The position numbers and the translations under genes were made by a program. Under the pieces are notes generated by a model, which was not told the origin of the DNA, ran no database searches, and saw only the letters and a list, made by a program, of their open reading frames with translations. Below are positions 16,355-27,201 of a stretch of 64,000 nucleotides of DNA, piece after piece (positions within the stretch are counted from its first letter, which is position 1; each line of letters begins with the position of its first letter). The DNA lies in IMG/VR virus record IMGVR_UViG_3300005529_000001, positions 1 through 64,000 of that record; one strand, 5' to 3'.

Positions 16355-16682
16355 GTTGCCCCCTCAACGATCCGAGCATCCACTCCTCAATGGGTAAGTG
16401 CTGGAGCCAACGCTCTAAGGTTGGGATGAAACCAAGGTCTTCGACGACATGATCTTCACCGATGTCACGAACGCTGACACGTTTGCCATCACTGTTGGTG
16501 ATGTTGTGCCCAAACTGCTGCTCCAACAAGAAGATGCCAAAGCTGGAGTGGAGGATGGCACGGTGGCGCATGTCAGGTAGCGCCGACTTCGTCTGGTCAA
16601 ACCAGTCGTGAAGAGCGACGTAGTCTTCGGGTTTGCCGCCCCACTTCTTTGCCGAGTTTTTGGCGTGTTGCCAGGGCTTCAC
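16332..16682 (-). CDS. conserved phage protein (DUF6915-like)
   Basis: HAKNSAKKWGG...HDWFDQTK...HRAILH...GEDHVVEDLG. Confidence 0.65.
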   Translation of the reverse strand: MKPWQHAKNSAKKWGGKPEDYVALHDWFDQTKSALPDMRHRAILHSSFGIFLLEQQFGHNITNSDGKRVSVRDIGEDHVVEDLGFIPTLERWLQHLPIEEWMLGSLRGQRDQKEER

Positions 16683-17301
16683 GTTGCCGCAGGCGGACCG
16701 GGCGGGTCTTTCTTGTTGTCCTGATCGTTTCGCTCATGCGCAAGCGCCAGGTGCAAGATGTGCCACGCTTCCACGCCCTCGGTCAGGATGCGAAGCGAGA
16801 TCCACATGATCGAGATCAGAAAGAGAAGGGACAGCGATTGTTCGCGGTGACCCGAGCAGTTTCCGACCATGCCAAAGACAACGATCGCTGCCCAAGCGAC
16901 ACGCATGTAAAGCGGTAGTCTGCCCAGCTGTTTCTGAAAGTTAGAAATGGGTTGCATCAGTTTTCCTCACGTAAGCTCACCGCAAGCGATGCCTTGAACA
17001 TGCTCGAGATCGAGGACACGAACAACGCCAGCCAGTATGAGTTTGTCCAGGTGATGGGGTCGACGTCAAAAACACGGGCAACGCCGTTATTCCAGCCCAA
17101 CCAGACAAATGGTGAGGTGACCAGAGCAGCCACCATGGTGATGACCCATCCCATAATCACGATCATGGCCCAACGTCGGGTGATGAACCGAACGTATTCC
17201 AAGGCTCGACTCATGCCCAAACGTACCGTTTGACCACCTGCATGTTCAGGGCTGCCGAAGTGGCGAAAACGTCCAGGAGCGGGTGGTCTGATGACTGCCA
17301 T
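16679..17301 (-). other. two tandem small membrane-protein ORFs (16679-16957, 16957-17301)
   Basis: hydrophobic segments, overlapping start/stop. Confidence 0.55.
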
Positions 17302-17696
17302 CAGGACTTGATTGCGAACACGCCTCGAGGCTGTTCAGTTTTGAATGGATCGCCGAACAAGCACAAGACCGCCTCAGCAAAGTGCCGGTGCACAAACTTG
17401 GCAAATTCGATGTGTTCGATGCCGTGACGTGTCAGGTTTGACCAAGCGAGCAACTGGATGATAGAGGGCTCTTTCTTGAACGACTCGATCAGGTTCGCCA
17501 TGTCAGTGCGTTTGGTTTGGTACGCTTCCTCGACCGTCTTGAACCAGAGCGAGACCGGGTCAGCGAAAACGGAGTACAAGTGCTCCTCTACCTCGTCATG
17601 CATTGAGTAGATCGATGAGATGTCGCGAAATTCCTCAGCGAGGAGTTGTTCCCGTGACATGCCCAAAACTTGTTCTTTTGTCAGCTTCATCGCCAT
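17301..17696 (-). CDS. hypothetical protein
   Basis: tiles after VWA gene. Confidence 0.6.
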   Translation of the reverse strand: MAMKLTKEQVLGMSREQLLAEEFRDISSIYSMHDEVEEHLYSVFADPVSLWFKTVEEAYQTKRTDMANLIESFKKEPSIIQLLAWSNLTRHGIEHIEFAKFVHRHFAEAVLCLFGDPFKTEQPRGVFAIKS

Positions 17697-19090
17697 GCCC
17701 CTCTGATGGTCTGTTCCTTTGACAGGAAGATCTGGATCTCGTCGGTATCAAACAACAGCTTGCAACCCTGGCCGAGGACCCAACCTCGCTTGACACGGCT
17801 GGGGATCGGCTTCTCCGCGCACCCATCGGTCATGATCAGCATGCCGTCCCAACGTCCCCTGTTCTTGGGATCATTGACGATGGCGGTGGGAGCTGAGAAG
17901 TTGGTCCCGCCGCTCTTGGTCCGATGCAACTTCGGCCGCATCCCCTTGCGCCACTCGTAGAGATCTTTGGGACCAGCGTAGCAGTCAAAGTGACACAGGG
18001 TGATGTCAACCTTGCGAGTCAGTTGGTCGAGCTCGTTGAAGAACATCTCACACATCTCATCGGAAACTGAACCCGATTCATCGATGGCGATGAACAGCTT
18101 GGCAGTGTACCCACGCTTGGTGCCCGGGTGGATGTACGGGTAGCGCTTGTTAATGCGCTTGATGCTGGTCGTCCGAGCGCCCCGGACGATGCTGCCGACG
18201 AACTGCCTCAGCACCGCTCGCCAGTTGATGACGGTGCTGATGTACTTCCGGATCTCAGCGCGGATCTCTTCCGGGATGTTGCCCCATCCGTCTGACTGAG
18301 AGTCAGCGTGACGGACAGCCTTCTCGATGATCCCCTTGACCTTGCCCTCGACGTACTCCCTGAGCTCGTCAGGGATGTCATCCCAACCGTCATGGTCGTC
18401 CATCGGACCGATGCCATAGACGATCTCGCCCTCGCTCCCGCCACCGTTCTTCTTGTTGTCGTCCATGAGCGCGTTGAAGTACCACTCGCTGGACTTCAGG
18501 GGCGGGAACGACTCGATGAGGTCACAACGCCGCAACGTCGCCGCCTTGGAACGATCATCCAACTCAGCGAAACGCTCCGGATCGATCCAGGGCTTGACGC
18601 CCGGGACCAGGCCCATCTTCGGGAGCGGACGTGCCACCTGGCCCGGCTCGAGGTCTCGCGGCGTGCCAGCGTTCTTGACAATGAGCGAGTTGATGGCGAG
18701 ATCGGTCCCCACGTTCCAGTCAACGGCGGGCGTCCGCCGGCGAGCATTGAGGTGCCCGCCCCACAGGTGATCGAACTCGTGATTGAGGACCCCACGAATC
18801 TCCCAGTTTGTCAGCGGCTCACAGGTGACATCCTTCTTACGATTCGCATCGTAGTAGGTGCCCCCGCCCATGAACTGGGGGTTGACCCACATGACGACCT
18901 CGTCGTTCCTTGGATCAAAGGTCACTGCTGCGGTCGGGATGTCATGCGTGAAACGCTTCTTGACGTAACGTGAGATCTCAGCATAGAATGGCACGTCCTG
19001 GAGATATGGGATCAGGTGCCGGCCCAAGTTGAAATCGCTGTCACAGTCACGGAACCCGTGCTGCCGCGTGGAGACGTTCTGTTCAGTCAT
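17687..19090 (-). CDS. metallopeptidase-like (DUF2201-like) plus VWA domain protein
   Basis: HEFDH (HExxH); AIDESGSVS MIDAS, SGGTNF, IMTDG. Confidence 0.88.
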   Translation of the reverse strand: MTEQNVSTRQHGFRDCDSDFNLGRHLIPYLQDVPFYAEISRYVKKRFTHDIPTAAVTFDPRNDEVVMWVNPQFMGGGTYYDANRKKDVTCEPLTNWEIRGVLNHEFDHLWGGHLNARRRTPAVDWNVGTDLAINSLIVKNAGTPRDLEPGQVARPLPKMGLVPGVKPWIDPERFAELDDRSKAATLRRCDLIESFPPLKSSEWYFNALMDDNKKNGGGSEGEIVYGIGPMDDHDGWDDIPDELREYVEGKVKGIIEKAVRHADSQSDGWGNIPEEIRAEIRKYISTVINWRAVLRQFVGSIVRGARTTSIKRINKRYPYIHPGTKRGYTAKLFIAIDESGSVSDEMCEMFFNELDQLTRKVDITLCHFDCYAGPKDLYEWRKGMRPKLHRTKSGGTNFSAPTAIVNDPKNRGRWDGMLIMTDGCAEKPIPSRVKRGWVLGQGCKLLFDTDEIQIFLSKEQTIRGAWR

Positions 19091-19227
19091 CGCCCGCGGG
19101 CCTTTCTCGGCATCCTTGGCGACGTCAGCCATCCACAGACCAGTGCGTGGCGTCCAGAGCATGAGTGGATCCTACCCCTTGGGGGTTGCGGGTTTCACCC
19201 GTCAGGCGACTCACAAACCAACGTGAA

Positions 19228-19617
19228 TCAAGCCAGATCGCGTTCCAGCAACGGTTCGTAATGGATGTGCTCGTCGACGGGCTGACGTTTCATGAACGCT
19301 TGCCGGGTGTCGTCCCATTGCAGGCTGATGCGCAGCTGCTTGTGGGTCACCACTTCGGCGATGAACGCTCTGAAACAGTTTTCGTCTACGACACGGGGGT
19401 CATCAACAACCTCGAGTCGGTAACGTTTGCTGATGCGATCGAGCTCTTCGCTGGCGAGCTTGTAGTGCCACTCAAGGTAGTCACCCGGGAGAGCGGCCCA
19501 GCATCCCTGCAATCGCCAGTTGTCAATTGACACCTGGATGTCCGGGGGCAGCCGGACACGTTCCGGCCTCGACACGGGCACGGCGCTCCGAGCGATGATG
19601 CTGATGACCTCACCCAT
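19228..19617 (-). CDS. hypothetical protein
   Basis: ATG ORF. Confidence 0.55.
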   Translation of the reverse strand: MGEVISIIARSAVPVSRPERVRLPPDIQVSIDNWRLQGCWAALPGDYLEWHYKLASEELDRISKRYRLEVVDDPRVVDENCFRAFIAEVVTHKQLRISLQWDDTRQAFMKRQPVDEHIHYEPLLERDLA

Positions 19618-19620
19618 AGC

Positions 19621-19863
19621 TTAACCTTTCACTGCGAAGACGAGCCCTGCAACGTTGCCGATGACGAGAAAGACGATCATCGTCCAACCCATGAATGCCC
19701 AGGTCGGGATGTGGGCGACCATGCACCAGAACAGCGTGAACAGGCCCCAGAAAAACATCGCTCCGAAAGAGCCGACCATGCTGCCCACGACGAACTTGAA
19801 GCCCTTCGGGAAGAGCAACCAGAGGCCCATGCTGAGGAACACCGCCCAGAGCAACGTGATCAT
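19621..19863 (-). CDS. membrane protein
   Basis: three hydrophobic segments; TACACT 6 nt before ATG. Confidence 0.6.
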   Translation of the reverse strand: MITLLWAVFLSMGLWLLFPKGFKFVVGSMVGSFGAMFFWGLFTLFWCMVAHIPTWAFMGWTMIVFLVIGNVAGLVFAVKG

Positions 19864-20045
19864 GGTTACAGTGTACCACACCGTATCCTGGGCTTGCACC
19901 AGGGCTTTTACACCGTCATTGTAACGTTGCCGACCCCGGTATGTCTTGGGGTCGTCTTGGGAGCACCCAGAGGGCCCACGAGCCGCCCCCAAAAACGCTC
20001 AAGCCTGTCAGGTGAGGGTAACCTAAGCCAGTGCTTGGGGTTGTC

Positions 20046-20636
20046 TCATGACGGTTTGGGTGCTGGTGTTTTCCCCTGGGTTTTGATGGCAGTGTCATAG
20101 GCTTTAAGCAGGGTCTGCAGGTCGTCCCGTGCGGTATCGCCTCCTGACGAGTCACCCTTCATGTACTTGCCCGCCGACTTGTCCCACGCCGAGTAGACGT
20201 TGTTCACGACATCGTTCTGGTTTGATGTCAGCGTGGGTGGAGCCGGCGGGGGTGACCCGTTGGTGAAGCCGATGCCCGACAGGTAACCCACGGTCGTTGT
20301 GCTCAACGTCTGGACGAACTTCTGGATCACTTGCTTGGCGCCATCAGTCTGTGAGACGATGGGAGGCTGACCGGTCGTTGGATCGGGAGAGCCGTACTTG
20401 GTGATCCCATTGCCTGCCTGGCTGTACGCTGTTGCGCGTGCTGTTTTCAGGTCAGGTGTCGATGTCGTGGGTCCCAGGCCCAGCTTTGCCGCTTGGGGCG
20501 ATGGTTGCGTTATCACGGGCTGCCCGGGCTTGGCGTTCTTGATCGTGTCAAGAAACGCTGATAGCTGTGAATAGAGCCCGTTGAAACCCGCGAAGACGGG
20601 ACCCAGGTGAAGTGGGATGACTTTTTTGGTCGTCAT
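20046..20636 (-). CDS. P/T/Q-rich hypothetical protein
   Basis: ATG ORF coupled to upstream stop. Confidence 0.6.
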   Translation of the reverse strand: MTTKKVIPLHLGPVFAGFNGLYSQLSAFLDTIKNAKPGQPVITQPSPQAAKLGLGPTTSTPDLKTARATAYSQAGNGITKYGSPDPTTGQPPIVSQTDGAKQVIQKFVQTLSTTTVGYLSGIGFTNGSPPPAPPTLTSNQNDVVNNVYSAWDKSAGKYMKGDSSGGDTARDDLQTLLKAYDTAIKTQGKTPAPKPS

Positions 20637-20637
20637 T

Positions 20638-21210
20638 TCAGGGCATCATAAGCCACACGACCGGGATGAGACACGCGATGTGACACAGTTGGTCGATCGT
20701 GATGCAGAGCAAGCCGCCAATGGGGGTCATGAAGAAAGCCTTGAAAGCTTCACGGTCATTGGCATACGTGATCTCGTCAACGACCATGTCTGACCAACCC
20801 AACTGGCCCTTGCCCTCCATCAGCTGCTTGTACTGCTGCTCCGTCATCGAGAACGAGCCGTCAGTTCGACGACCGTGCTTCTTGACATGGTTGAACTGGT
20901 CTGCACGGCGCAGGTACTTGGCCCACATCATGACGGGCCAATAGGTGTCGATGATGAAGTGGCTGACCCACAGGATTGCGCAGGCGAGCACCGTCCGCAT
21001 GTCCCAGAAGCCGACGTACATGAACAGGGGCAAGAACAACGTCGTGTAAACACCGACGTGCCGGAACCTGACCTGCCAGTTGAGCGCCTTGGCCAGCGCT
21101 TCCTTCTCTGACTGGAAGATCCAATCGGCGAAGAAGTGCCAAAACACCAAGATCGCAAAGAGCCCGCCTTGAAGGCTGGCGTGTAACAGCATGACGACGT
21201 CAGGGTCCAT
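20638..21210 (-). CDS. DUF3307-like membrane protein
   Basis: WHFFADWIFQ...HVGVY...SHFIIDT...IDQLCH. Confidence 0.75.
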   Translation of the reverse strand: MDPDVVMLLHASLQGGLFAILVFWHFFADWIFQSEKEALAKALNWQVRFRHVGVYTTLFLPLFMYVGFWDMRTVLACAILWVSHFIIDTYWPVMMWAKYLRRADQFNHVKKHGRRTDGSFSMTEQQYKQLMEGKGQLGWSDMVVDEITYANDREAFKAFFMTPIGGLLCITIDQLCHIACLIPVVWLMMP

Positions 21211-21259
21211 GCCCTCAACCTACACCCACGGACCCGGAGTTTGCACCTACTTACTTGCC

Positions 21260-21544
21260 ATGAAACTCCGTCTCGTCCAGTTACGTCGAGTCATCAAGGA
21301 AGAAGTCACGGGTGAAAAACCCACAGACTTCAACCAGTACCTCCCAGACGAGCACCAACTCGGGATGAAAGTGACCAAAGGTGGCAGCATGTGTGCCAAC
21401 TGCAAGTGGGTGTCAGATGACCAGAAGTCATGTGGCAACCCATACTTCCAGGACTGGAATGAGAAAGAAAAGGGTGCTGACGACCCGAGCAAGCTACCTG
21501 AGCCCGCTGACGAGTATTGTTGCGACCTTTGGCACCAGGCCTGA
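21260..21544 (+). CDS. Cys-rich protein with MKLRLVQLRRVIKEE N-terminus
   Basis: CANC...C...CCDLW; plus-strand insertion. Confidence 0.65.
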   Translation: MKLRLVQLRRVIKEEVTGEKPTDFNQYLPDEHQLGMKVTKGGSMCANCKWVSDDQKSCGNPYFQDWNEKEKGADDPSKLPEPADEYCCDLWHQA

Positions 21545-21835
21545 TCACCAGGGAGCGGGCTTCCAACCGTTATGGTTGGGTGGGATGCGAACGTGTTCGA
21601 TGGGCCGCGCAATGTCACCGTACCAGATGACTAGGACTTCCCAACCCTCAGTCGGAGCTGTTTTCCGTGAGTGACGTCGTGACACGTCGCGGTAACAAGC
21701 GATGACCATGCAGGGTTGCCAAGCGTCAACCCAGTCATCCTTGAAATGGCGACCCTGACGATCAAAGACCGCGACCCGCTTCGAAATGGACCGAAGAAGC
21801 ACCCGACCTGGGACCAGGTGCCTCTCCTTGATCAC
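21545..21835 (-). CDS. small SH3/KOW-like protein
   Basis: LVPGRVLL. Confidence 0.5.
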   Translation of the reverse strand: MIKERHLVPGRVLLRSISKRVAVFDRQGRHFKDDWVDAWQPCMVIACYRDVSRRHSRKTAPTEGWEVLVIWYGDIARPIEHVRIPPNHNGWKPAPW

Positions 21836-22704
21836 GTCGCCTGCAACGCCTTGGTGAACCGTTGCTTGAACAGCTTCGCCGCTCGAGCCCCGATCGCCTT
21901 GCGTGCCTCCTTGGAGTCAACGATCTCACCCGCGGCTTCACGGGTGACATCCTCTACCATTGCTGCGATGACCTGACCTGTCGATTCCATGCCGATGCCC
22001 TGGGGCAGCTTGTCAAGGACGTGTTCAAGCCTGGTCTCAGTGACCCACTCAAGAGCGATGGCCTCAGCCTCCTGGAGGACTTGCAGCTTCCCGGGATCCT
22101 CGACCTTACGGGTGGTGTTTGTCTCCCGTTCTTCGTCGCGCTTGTGCTTGGCGATGACACGTTCACCGTTGTTCTGCTTGAACTCGACCAACGGTCGCAG
22201 GACGACGCCTTCACGGGGCTGATCACCCTCGACACCGTTGCGTCGTGCCTGTTCGGACGGGGCATCACGTTCAACGTTCAACGCCTCGATCTCCGCGGGC
22301 ACCCGCCTCCAGTGAACGAACTCGAGCCCAAGCCGACGAGAGACCTGCTCAGCGTTGGGAACGTCGAGCCAGCAATCGCCGATCTTGACGTCAAAAGCCA
22401 CGAACTTGAGTTCCTTGCCGTAGCGCCATGACTGAGCTTGCTGCTTGCCACCGTAGGCTTCGCCGAAGATGACGACTTCCATCGCACCCAGCTCGGCCAT
22501 GCCTACTGCGAGCGCTTCAGCATCGAACAGCTTGACGAAGTTGTCGTGTTTCTCGCCACCCGAGAAGAAGTGAAGCTGTCCTTCCTTGAACGAGATGTGC
22601 GCGGACGTGCCATGGATCTTCTCAAGCGCGTAGACCTCCCGGAAAAGGAAGATCATCGCCTGTGATTCAGGTCGGTACAAGTTCTGGATGTGCAAGTATC
22701 CCAT
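21832..22704 (-). CDS. RNA ligase, Rnl2-like
   Basis: EKIHGTS (motif I), GEAYG, FVAFDV, EGVVLRP, AKHK. Confidence 0.85.
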   Translation of the reverse strand: MGYLHIQNLYRPESQAMIFLFREVYALEKIHGTSAHISFKEGQLHFFSGGEKHDNFVKLFDAEALAVGMAELGAMEVVIFGEAYGGKQQAQSWRYGKELKFVAFDVKIGDCWLDVPNAEQVSRRLGLEFVHWRRVPAEIEALNVERDAPSEQARRNGVEGDQPREGVVLRPLVEFKQNNGERVIAKHKRDEERETNTTRKVEDPGKLQVLQEAEAIALEWVTETRLEHVLDKLPQGIGMESTGQVIAAMVEDVTREAAGEIVDSKEARKAIGARAAKLFKQRFTKALQAT

Positions 22705-24238
22705 GTTACCCTCCGTAAGCTTTCAAACGATGAACCCGCGGGCTCGTTTGTCTCTTCGCGTGATCAACCAATGGACGAGCCTCGAGAGTTGCCGGTGGCT
22801 CATCTCTTCGATCCGTCTCAGACCGAGCCATCGCGCGAGACGGACTAGCGCCTCGGGCCTTGCTCGTTTGAGATGTCGTTTTTCGATCCGGATCATCGCA
22901 TCACCCTTTGGGGCGGCGATGCCGTCCCGTCAGTCCTTTGTCTTACGCGCCGCTTTCATGAACTTGCCAAGAGCGGTATGTAGCTGTTCTGCGTCGGCTG
23001 GCGTCAGGTCAAAGATGACTGTCCGTGCTGCGTTGAACCTCGGTTGCAGTGAGAAAGTGAACTCACCCTCGTTGTTCATCTGTCCGGGATCAATGAGAGC
23101 CATCTTGACTGTCTTAACGTTGTCCGACATGGAGAACATCCTACACCCCTGTGTGAAGAAGTGTATCCCTACCACAAATCCCAGCTCGACAACGAAGGCG
23201 CGTTGAAACCTTCGTCCCACCACCGCTCGGGATCGTGACAGATCTCACGGGTCGCGCGGTTCAAAGCGCGACGGTGACGCCGGTTAGCGTTCCTCTTCTC
23301 GTAACGGACGGTGGCGTCGCCGATGCAAGCAAAACGGCGCACGCGGCTGCAGCTAGCCTGGACGGCTGGAAGCGTAGCAATCATCTCTAGGGTCTCCTTG
23401 GCCCTAGAGCATGTCAACCTCTCCGTTCATGCTAGTAGCTATACTTCTCGTCCGCGAGAGTCTACAAACCACTGGAACTGGTCGGCCCACTCGTTGAACC
23501 TCTTGAGAGAGATCCCCATCTTTCGAGCCCGTGTTCGCCAAAGACTCTTGGACGGAACGAACGAAAAGAACCCACGCTCGACCTTGTGCCAAGCGCTGAA
23601 AGCTTCCCACCGCTCTTCAGCGGTCAGCTTCATGTCAGCCGCGTGGTTCGACCGCCGCGATGCGATCTTCTTCGTTCTGGTTGTAGAAGCGGTTTTCAAG
23701 GTAGTTCCAGTGGCGTGTGTCTTGGATGCTGATCGAAAAGAAGAACTTGAAGATGTCAAGCCAGCCGCGCAAGCCAGCGTGGTCTCCCTTTGTGTTGAAA
23801 CGCCAGCCGATGCTGAAGCCCTGTTGGCTACCGTACCCAACCTCGACTTCCAACGATTTGTGGAAGACCGGACCAGCAACGAAGCACCAGCTGGACACTG
23901 ACGGGACGAACCGCATGTGTTAGCCGATGATGCAGTGCCAGACGTAAGCGATACCGAACATGACCGGGTAGAGGAAACAGGTCGTGAACAGCGTAGTAAC
24001 AATGGCTGCGCTCTCTGCGCTGTAGTCGAATTTCTTCACCAGCTCTTTGGTGAGGTCCCGAATGGATATGCCGATAAGCGGGAACCCGGCGACGATGAGG
24101 ACGCCGACGGCTTCGAGGAACGTCAGCTCAGGCAGCCCGAACTTGCGGACGATGAACCAGTTCCACAGGTGGGAAAAAACGAAACCACCCACCAGCGCCT
24201 GGCCAATGCTGAGGAAGAAATTGAGAAAGCTTTTCATG

Positions 24239-25258
24239 TCACTTGTTCTCCTGTGGATCGCCGCAGCAGCGACCGCCCGTTTCATACCACCCAAAGTACT
24301 CGTAGTGCCCGTCTGTCATGGCTCGACACTGGTTGCGAACGCCAAAGACGTGGCCTGACATCAGGCCTGAACGAAACGGAGCTCGCGGTGAGTGTTCCGG
24401 GATGGCGGTGTTGTTGATGAACTCGTCGATGTTGCCAACCATATCATAGACGCCCCATGGGCTTGCACACTCGGGCTTGGAACCCGCCGGTGTCAAGAGG
24501 TTGTCGAGGATCGTGGTGACGCGGTCATGCGGGCGTTTGGAATCGAAAACGCTGATCTCATAGCGCTTGCCCGTTTGCGGGTTGATCGGTTTTTCGGGGT
24601 CTTCGGGAAACGGGTTGTCAATGTTGCACGCCGATTCATCGCGGCTGTAACCCGGGTGCTCGCCGTGCCCCGCGTAGGGATAGGGTTGCATATCGGGACC
24701 CTCACAAGCGAACGTCCACTCTTCCTTGGTACAGAGCCGCTTGCCTTGGGCTTCACAAGCGTGCTTGACATCGTACCATGTCATCCACGACTGGGGCCGT
24801 TGGCCCTCAACGTTGGGGTACTCGTACTTGTCAACGCAGTAGTGCTTGTGAGGCCTCTTAGCCTCTGGGGTCAGGCACTTTGTCGGGTACTGGAACTCCC
24901 CACACCGGCCCGTTGGGTATTTCTCGAGGCTCTTGGGAGGGTCTACGGTGTTGCCCTGGGCATCGACCCATCGCAAGCAGACTTCCTGGTCGTTGGGGCA
25001 GTACGTCCCGTCAATCTCAACCATGTCAGCCGGACACATCGATCGCTCCAGCTTATCATGGCAGTTGGTGCAAGTCCCTTCGATAAACTCGCCACCCGGG
25101 TGTCGCCATCCCCCGTCATTGCTAACTCGCTGGACACCAGCAGGTGAAGCGGAGACTGCTTGGCCTGAAAAGGCCGTCATTTTCGTGACTGTCTTGTTAG
25201 AACACGCGACTACAACTGCAGTGCACGCGACCAGCGACACCGCCCAGCGCCTTCTCAT
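24239..25258 (-). CDS. lipoprotein with FGE-sulfatase (C-type lectin fold) domain
   Basis: lipobox VVAC; CEAQGKRLCTKEEWTFAC, SPWGVYDMVGNIDE, GGRCC. Confidence 0.85.
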   Translation of the reverse strand: MRRRWAVSLVACTAVVVACSNKTVTKMTAFSGQAVSASPAGVQRVSNDGGWRHPGGEFIEGTCTNCHDKLERSMCPADMVEIDGTYCPNDQEVCLRWVDAQGNTVDPPKSLEKYPTGRCGEFQYPTKCLTPEAKRPHKHYCVDKYEYPNVEGQRPQSWMTWYDVKHACEAQGKRLCTKEEWTFACEGPDMQPYPYAGHGEHPGYSRDESACNIDNPFPEDPEKPINPQTGKRYEISVFDSKRPHDRVTTILDNLLTPAGSKPECASPWGVYDMVGNIDEFINNTAIPEHSPRAPFRSGLMSGHVFGVRNQCRAMTDGHYEYFGWYETGGRCCGDPQENK

Positions 25259-25770
25259 GTGTAGACCCCTGTTGCTGGTCTAACCTTATCATGACAGGAC
25301 TGTTTGGTTCATACCCCCGTCAGAACACGAGCTGTCTCACATCTCGAGATGAATGCTAGTCGCCCCAATCGGCACCGCAGTCAGGACAGCTATTGTGACG
25401 CGCGTTCGGGTGCTTGCAAAAGCGGCTGATCGTTCTCAATAACTCCTGTGTGAGATGGACGTCAGCTTGCAACCCACGTAGGTGAGCGAGAACACGTTCG
25501 TGTACGTCTTTGATCTGGCTCTGTTCGAGCGGAAACGTAACCTGGGGGACGCTCATGGCATGCACCCTTTGATTCCATGGGGACGTTCGGTGTCTATCGC
25601 ATAGTCTAGGTTCCGGCGAAGCTCGCTCAGGGCAGCCCGTGCGTTCGCATTAGGAACCGCCGCGTCGGGGACCCAGGCCAGCGCCGCCTTCAGTTGCTGT
25701 GCTTCCTCCACCGACATGTGGACGAACAGCTGCGGGCTGCGGGTCCAAGGGTTCTGGACGTGTGTCTTCA

Positions 25771-27201
25771 TCAGTCCTCGCTCTTGTCTCGGGAGACCGC
25801 GGCGATGCGTTCGGCTTGTTCGGCAACACTAAGGCTCTTCCACCACTTCCACGTGGCGGGCACCGACTTGTCAACGTCGGCGTTGTCACGGACCCGGGTG
25901 TAGACCGGGAACCGCATCTTGCCGTCCTTCGTCAGCCCGTCCTCAGTGAGGGGATCGGGCTGAGCTTCGCACTCGGCGTTCTTGCCATTCCAGCTGTCAG
26001 CGCCCTCGGCTTGGATCTGAGCGCGGAGAGCATCGTTGAAGCCTCCCCCCACCCGGGTGATGATCTTGTTGGGAAGGACGACGTAGAAACCACCGAACTG
26101 TCCTTCACGTTTGGTGCCCCGGCGGCCCTCGTAATTGCCGACGATGACGCCCTCGTAAGTGACGACCGGCTTCAGCTTCAGGATGTTCTTGGAACGCTTC
26201 CACTCGTAGGGGGTGTGCATCGTCTTTAGCATCACGCCCTCGTATCCCTCGTCCATGCACCTGGAGAAGTACTGTTTGAGGACGTCTTCCTGGAAAGCCA
26301 TGATGTAAGGAACCTGACGGATTGGTGACGTCTTTTCCTGCTCGAACTCGACACAGGCGAGGACAACCTCTCGGACGAGGTCGGCGCGCTCAGCGTAGGT
26401 CAGCTTCGTCTCCTGAGCTGCCCAGTCGGAGAACGGCATCGCGTCGAACACGTTGTAGTACATGTTCGAGTCGTCTTTCTGGTCTTCTTTGTGGACCCGG
26501 CCCGACATCATGACGCTGGATGACTCGTTCCAGTCAGCCGCCATCCCCTCACCGTCGAGGACGATATCATCGAGCTTCATCGCCTCTAACGTCGCGCGGA
26601 TGCGGGGGAGCGACGGGAGCTCGGTGCCGTTGCGGGTGAACAGAGTCACCTTGCCACCGCGCTTGATGGCGATCAAGCGCAAGCCATCAAGCTTCGGCTC
26701 GACACGGACGGGATACGTTACCTTCTCGAGGATCTTGATGCCTTCGCCCTTGACGAACTCGCTCTTCAACGTCTTGGCCAGAGCGACCTCGAAGCTCTTG
26801 ATGAGATCGGGCCACACTTCGTTGACAGTTGATTCCTGGACGCCGCAACGAAGATTTTTAAGAAGGATACGCTGGCACCACTTCTGTTGGACTTCCGTCG
26901 CGCCACTCATGAGCGTCACGACGTAATCCTTGGCTGCGTTTCCCGTCAGGGTTCGGGTCGCAAGCATGCCGGTTATGCCGTCAAGAAACCTCTCGAGAAC
27001 CCCATCATCGTTGAGAGGTTTGTTCGTCGGTTTTGGCATCTTGAACTTGGTGACGTAGTAGACCGTGTACGGGTCCTGGGCCGCGACGAACACCCTTTTC
27101 AGGAGTTCGTTCTTGCGAGCTGCTTCCAGGATGTCGATCTTGGCGAGCTTGCCTGAGGTGCTCTCGAGCTCTTCGAGGATGTCGATGACCGTTCGTGCCA
27201 T
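25771..27201 (-). CDS. lig: ATP-dependent DNA ligase
   Basis: EPKLDGLR, LDGE, VFD, EGVMLK, LKLKP, RFP motifs. Confidence 0.95.
   Translation of the reverse strand: MARTVIDILEELESTSGKLAKIDILEAARKNELLKRVFVAAQDPYTVYYVTKFKMPKPTNKPLNDDGVLERFLDGITGMLATRTLTGNAAKDYVVTLMSGATEVQQKWCQRILLKNLRCGVQESTVNEVWPDLIKSFEVALAKTLKSEFVKGEGIKILEKVTYPVRVEPKLDGLRLIAIKRGGKVTLFTRNGTELPSLPRIRATLEAMKLDDIVLDGEGMAADWNESSSVMMSGRVHKEDQKDDSNMYYNVFDAMPFSDWAAQETKLTYAERADLVREVVLACVEFEQEKTSPIRQVPYIMAFQEDVLKQYFSRCMDEGYEGVMLKTMHTPYEWKRSKNILKLKPVVTYEGVIVGNYEGRRGTKREGQFGGFYVVLPNKIITRVGGGFNDALRAQIQAEGADSWNGKNAECEAQPDPLTEDGLTKDGKMRFPVYTRVRDNADVDKSVPATWKWWKSLSVAEQAERIAAVSRDKSED

Noticed and set aside
24239-25258. FGE-sulfatase/C-lectin gene as a possible DGR target
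   Set aside because: No template repeat differing at adenines and no reverse transcriptase seen in the window.
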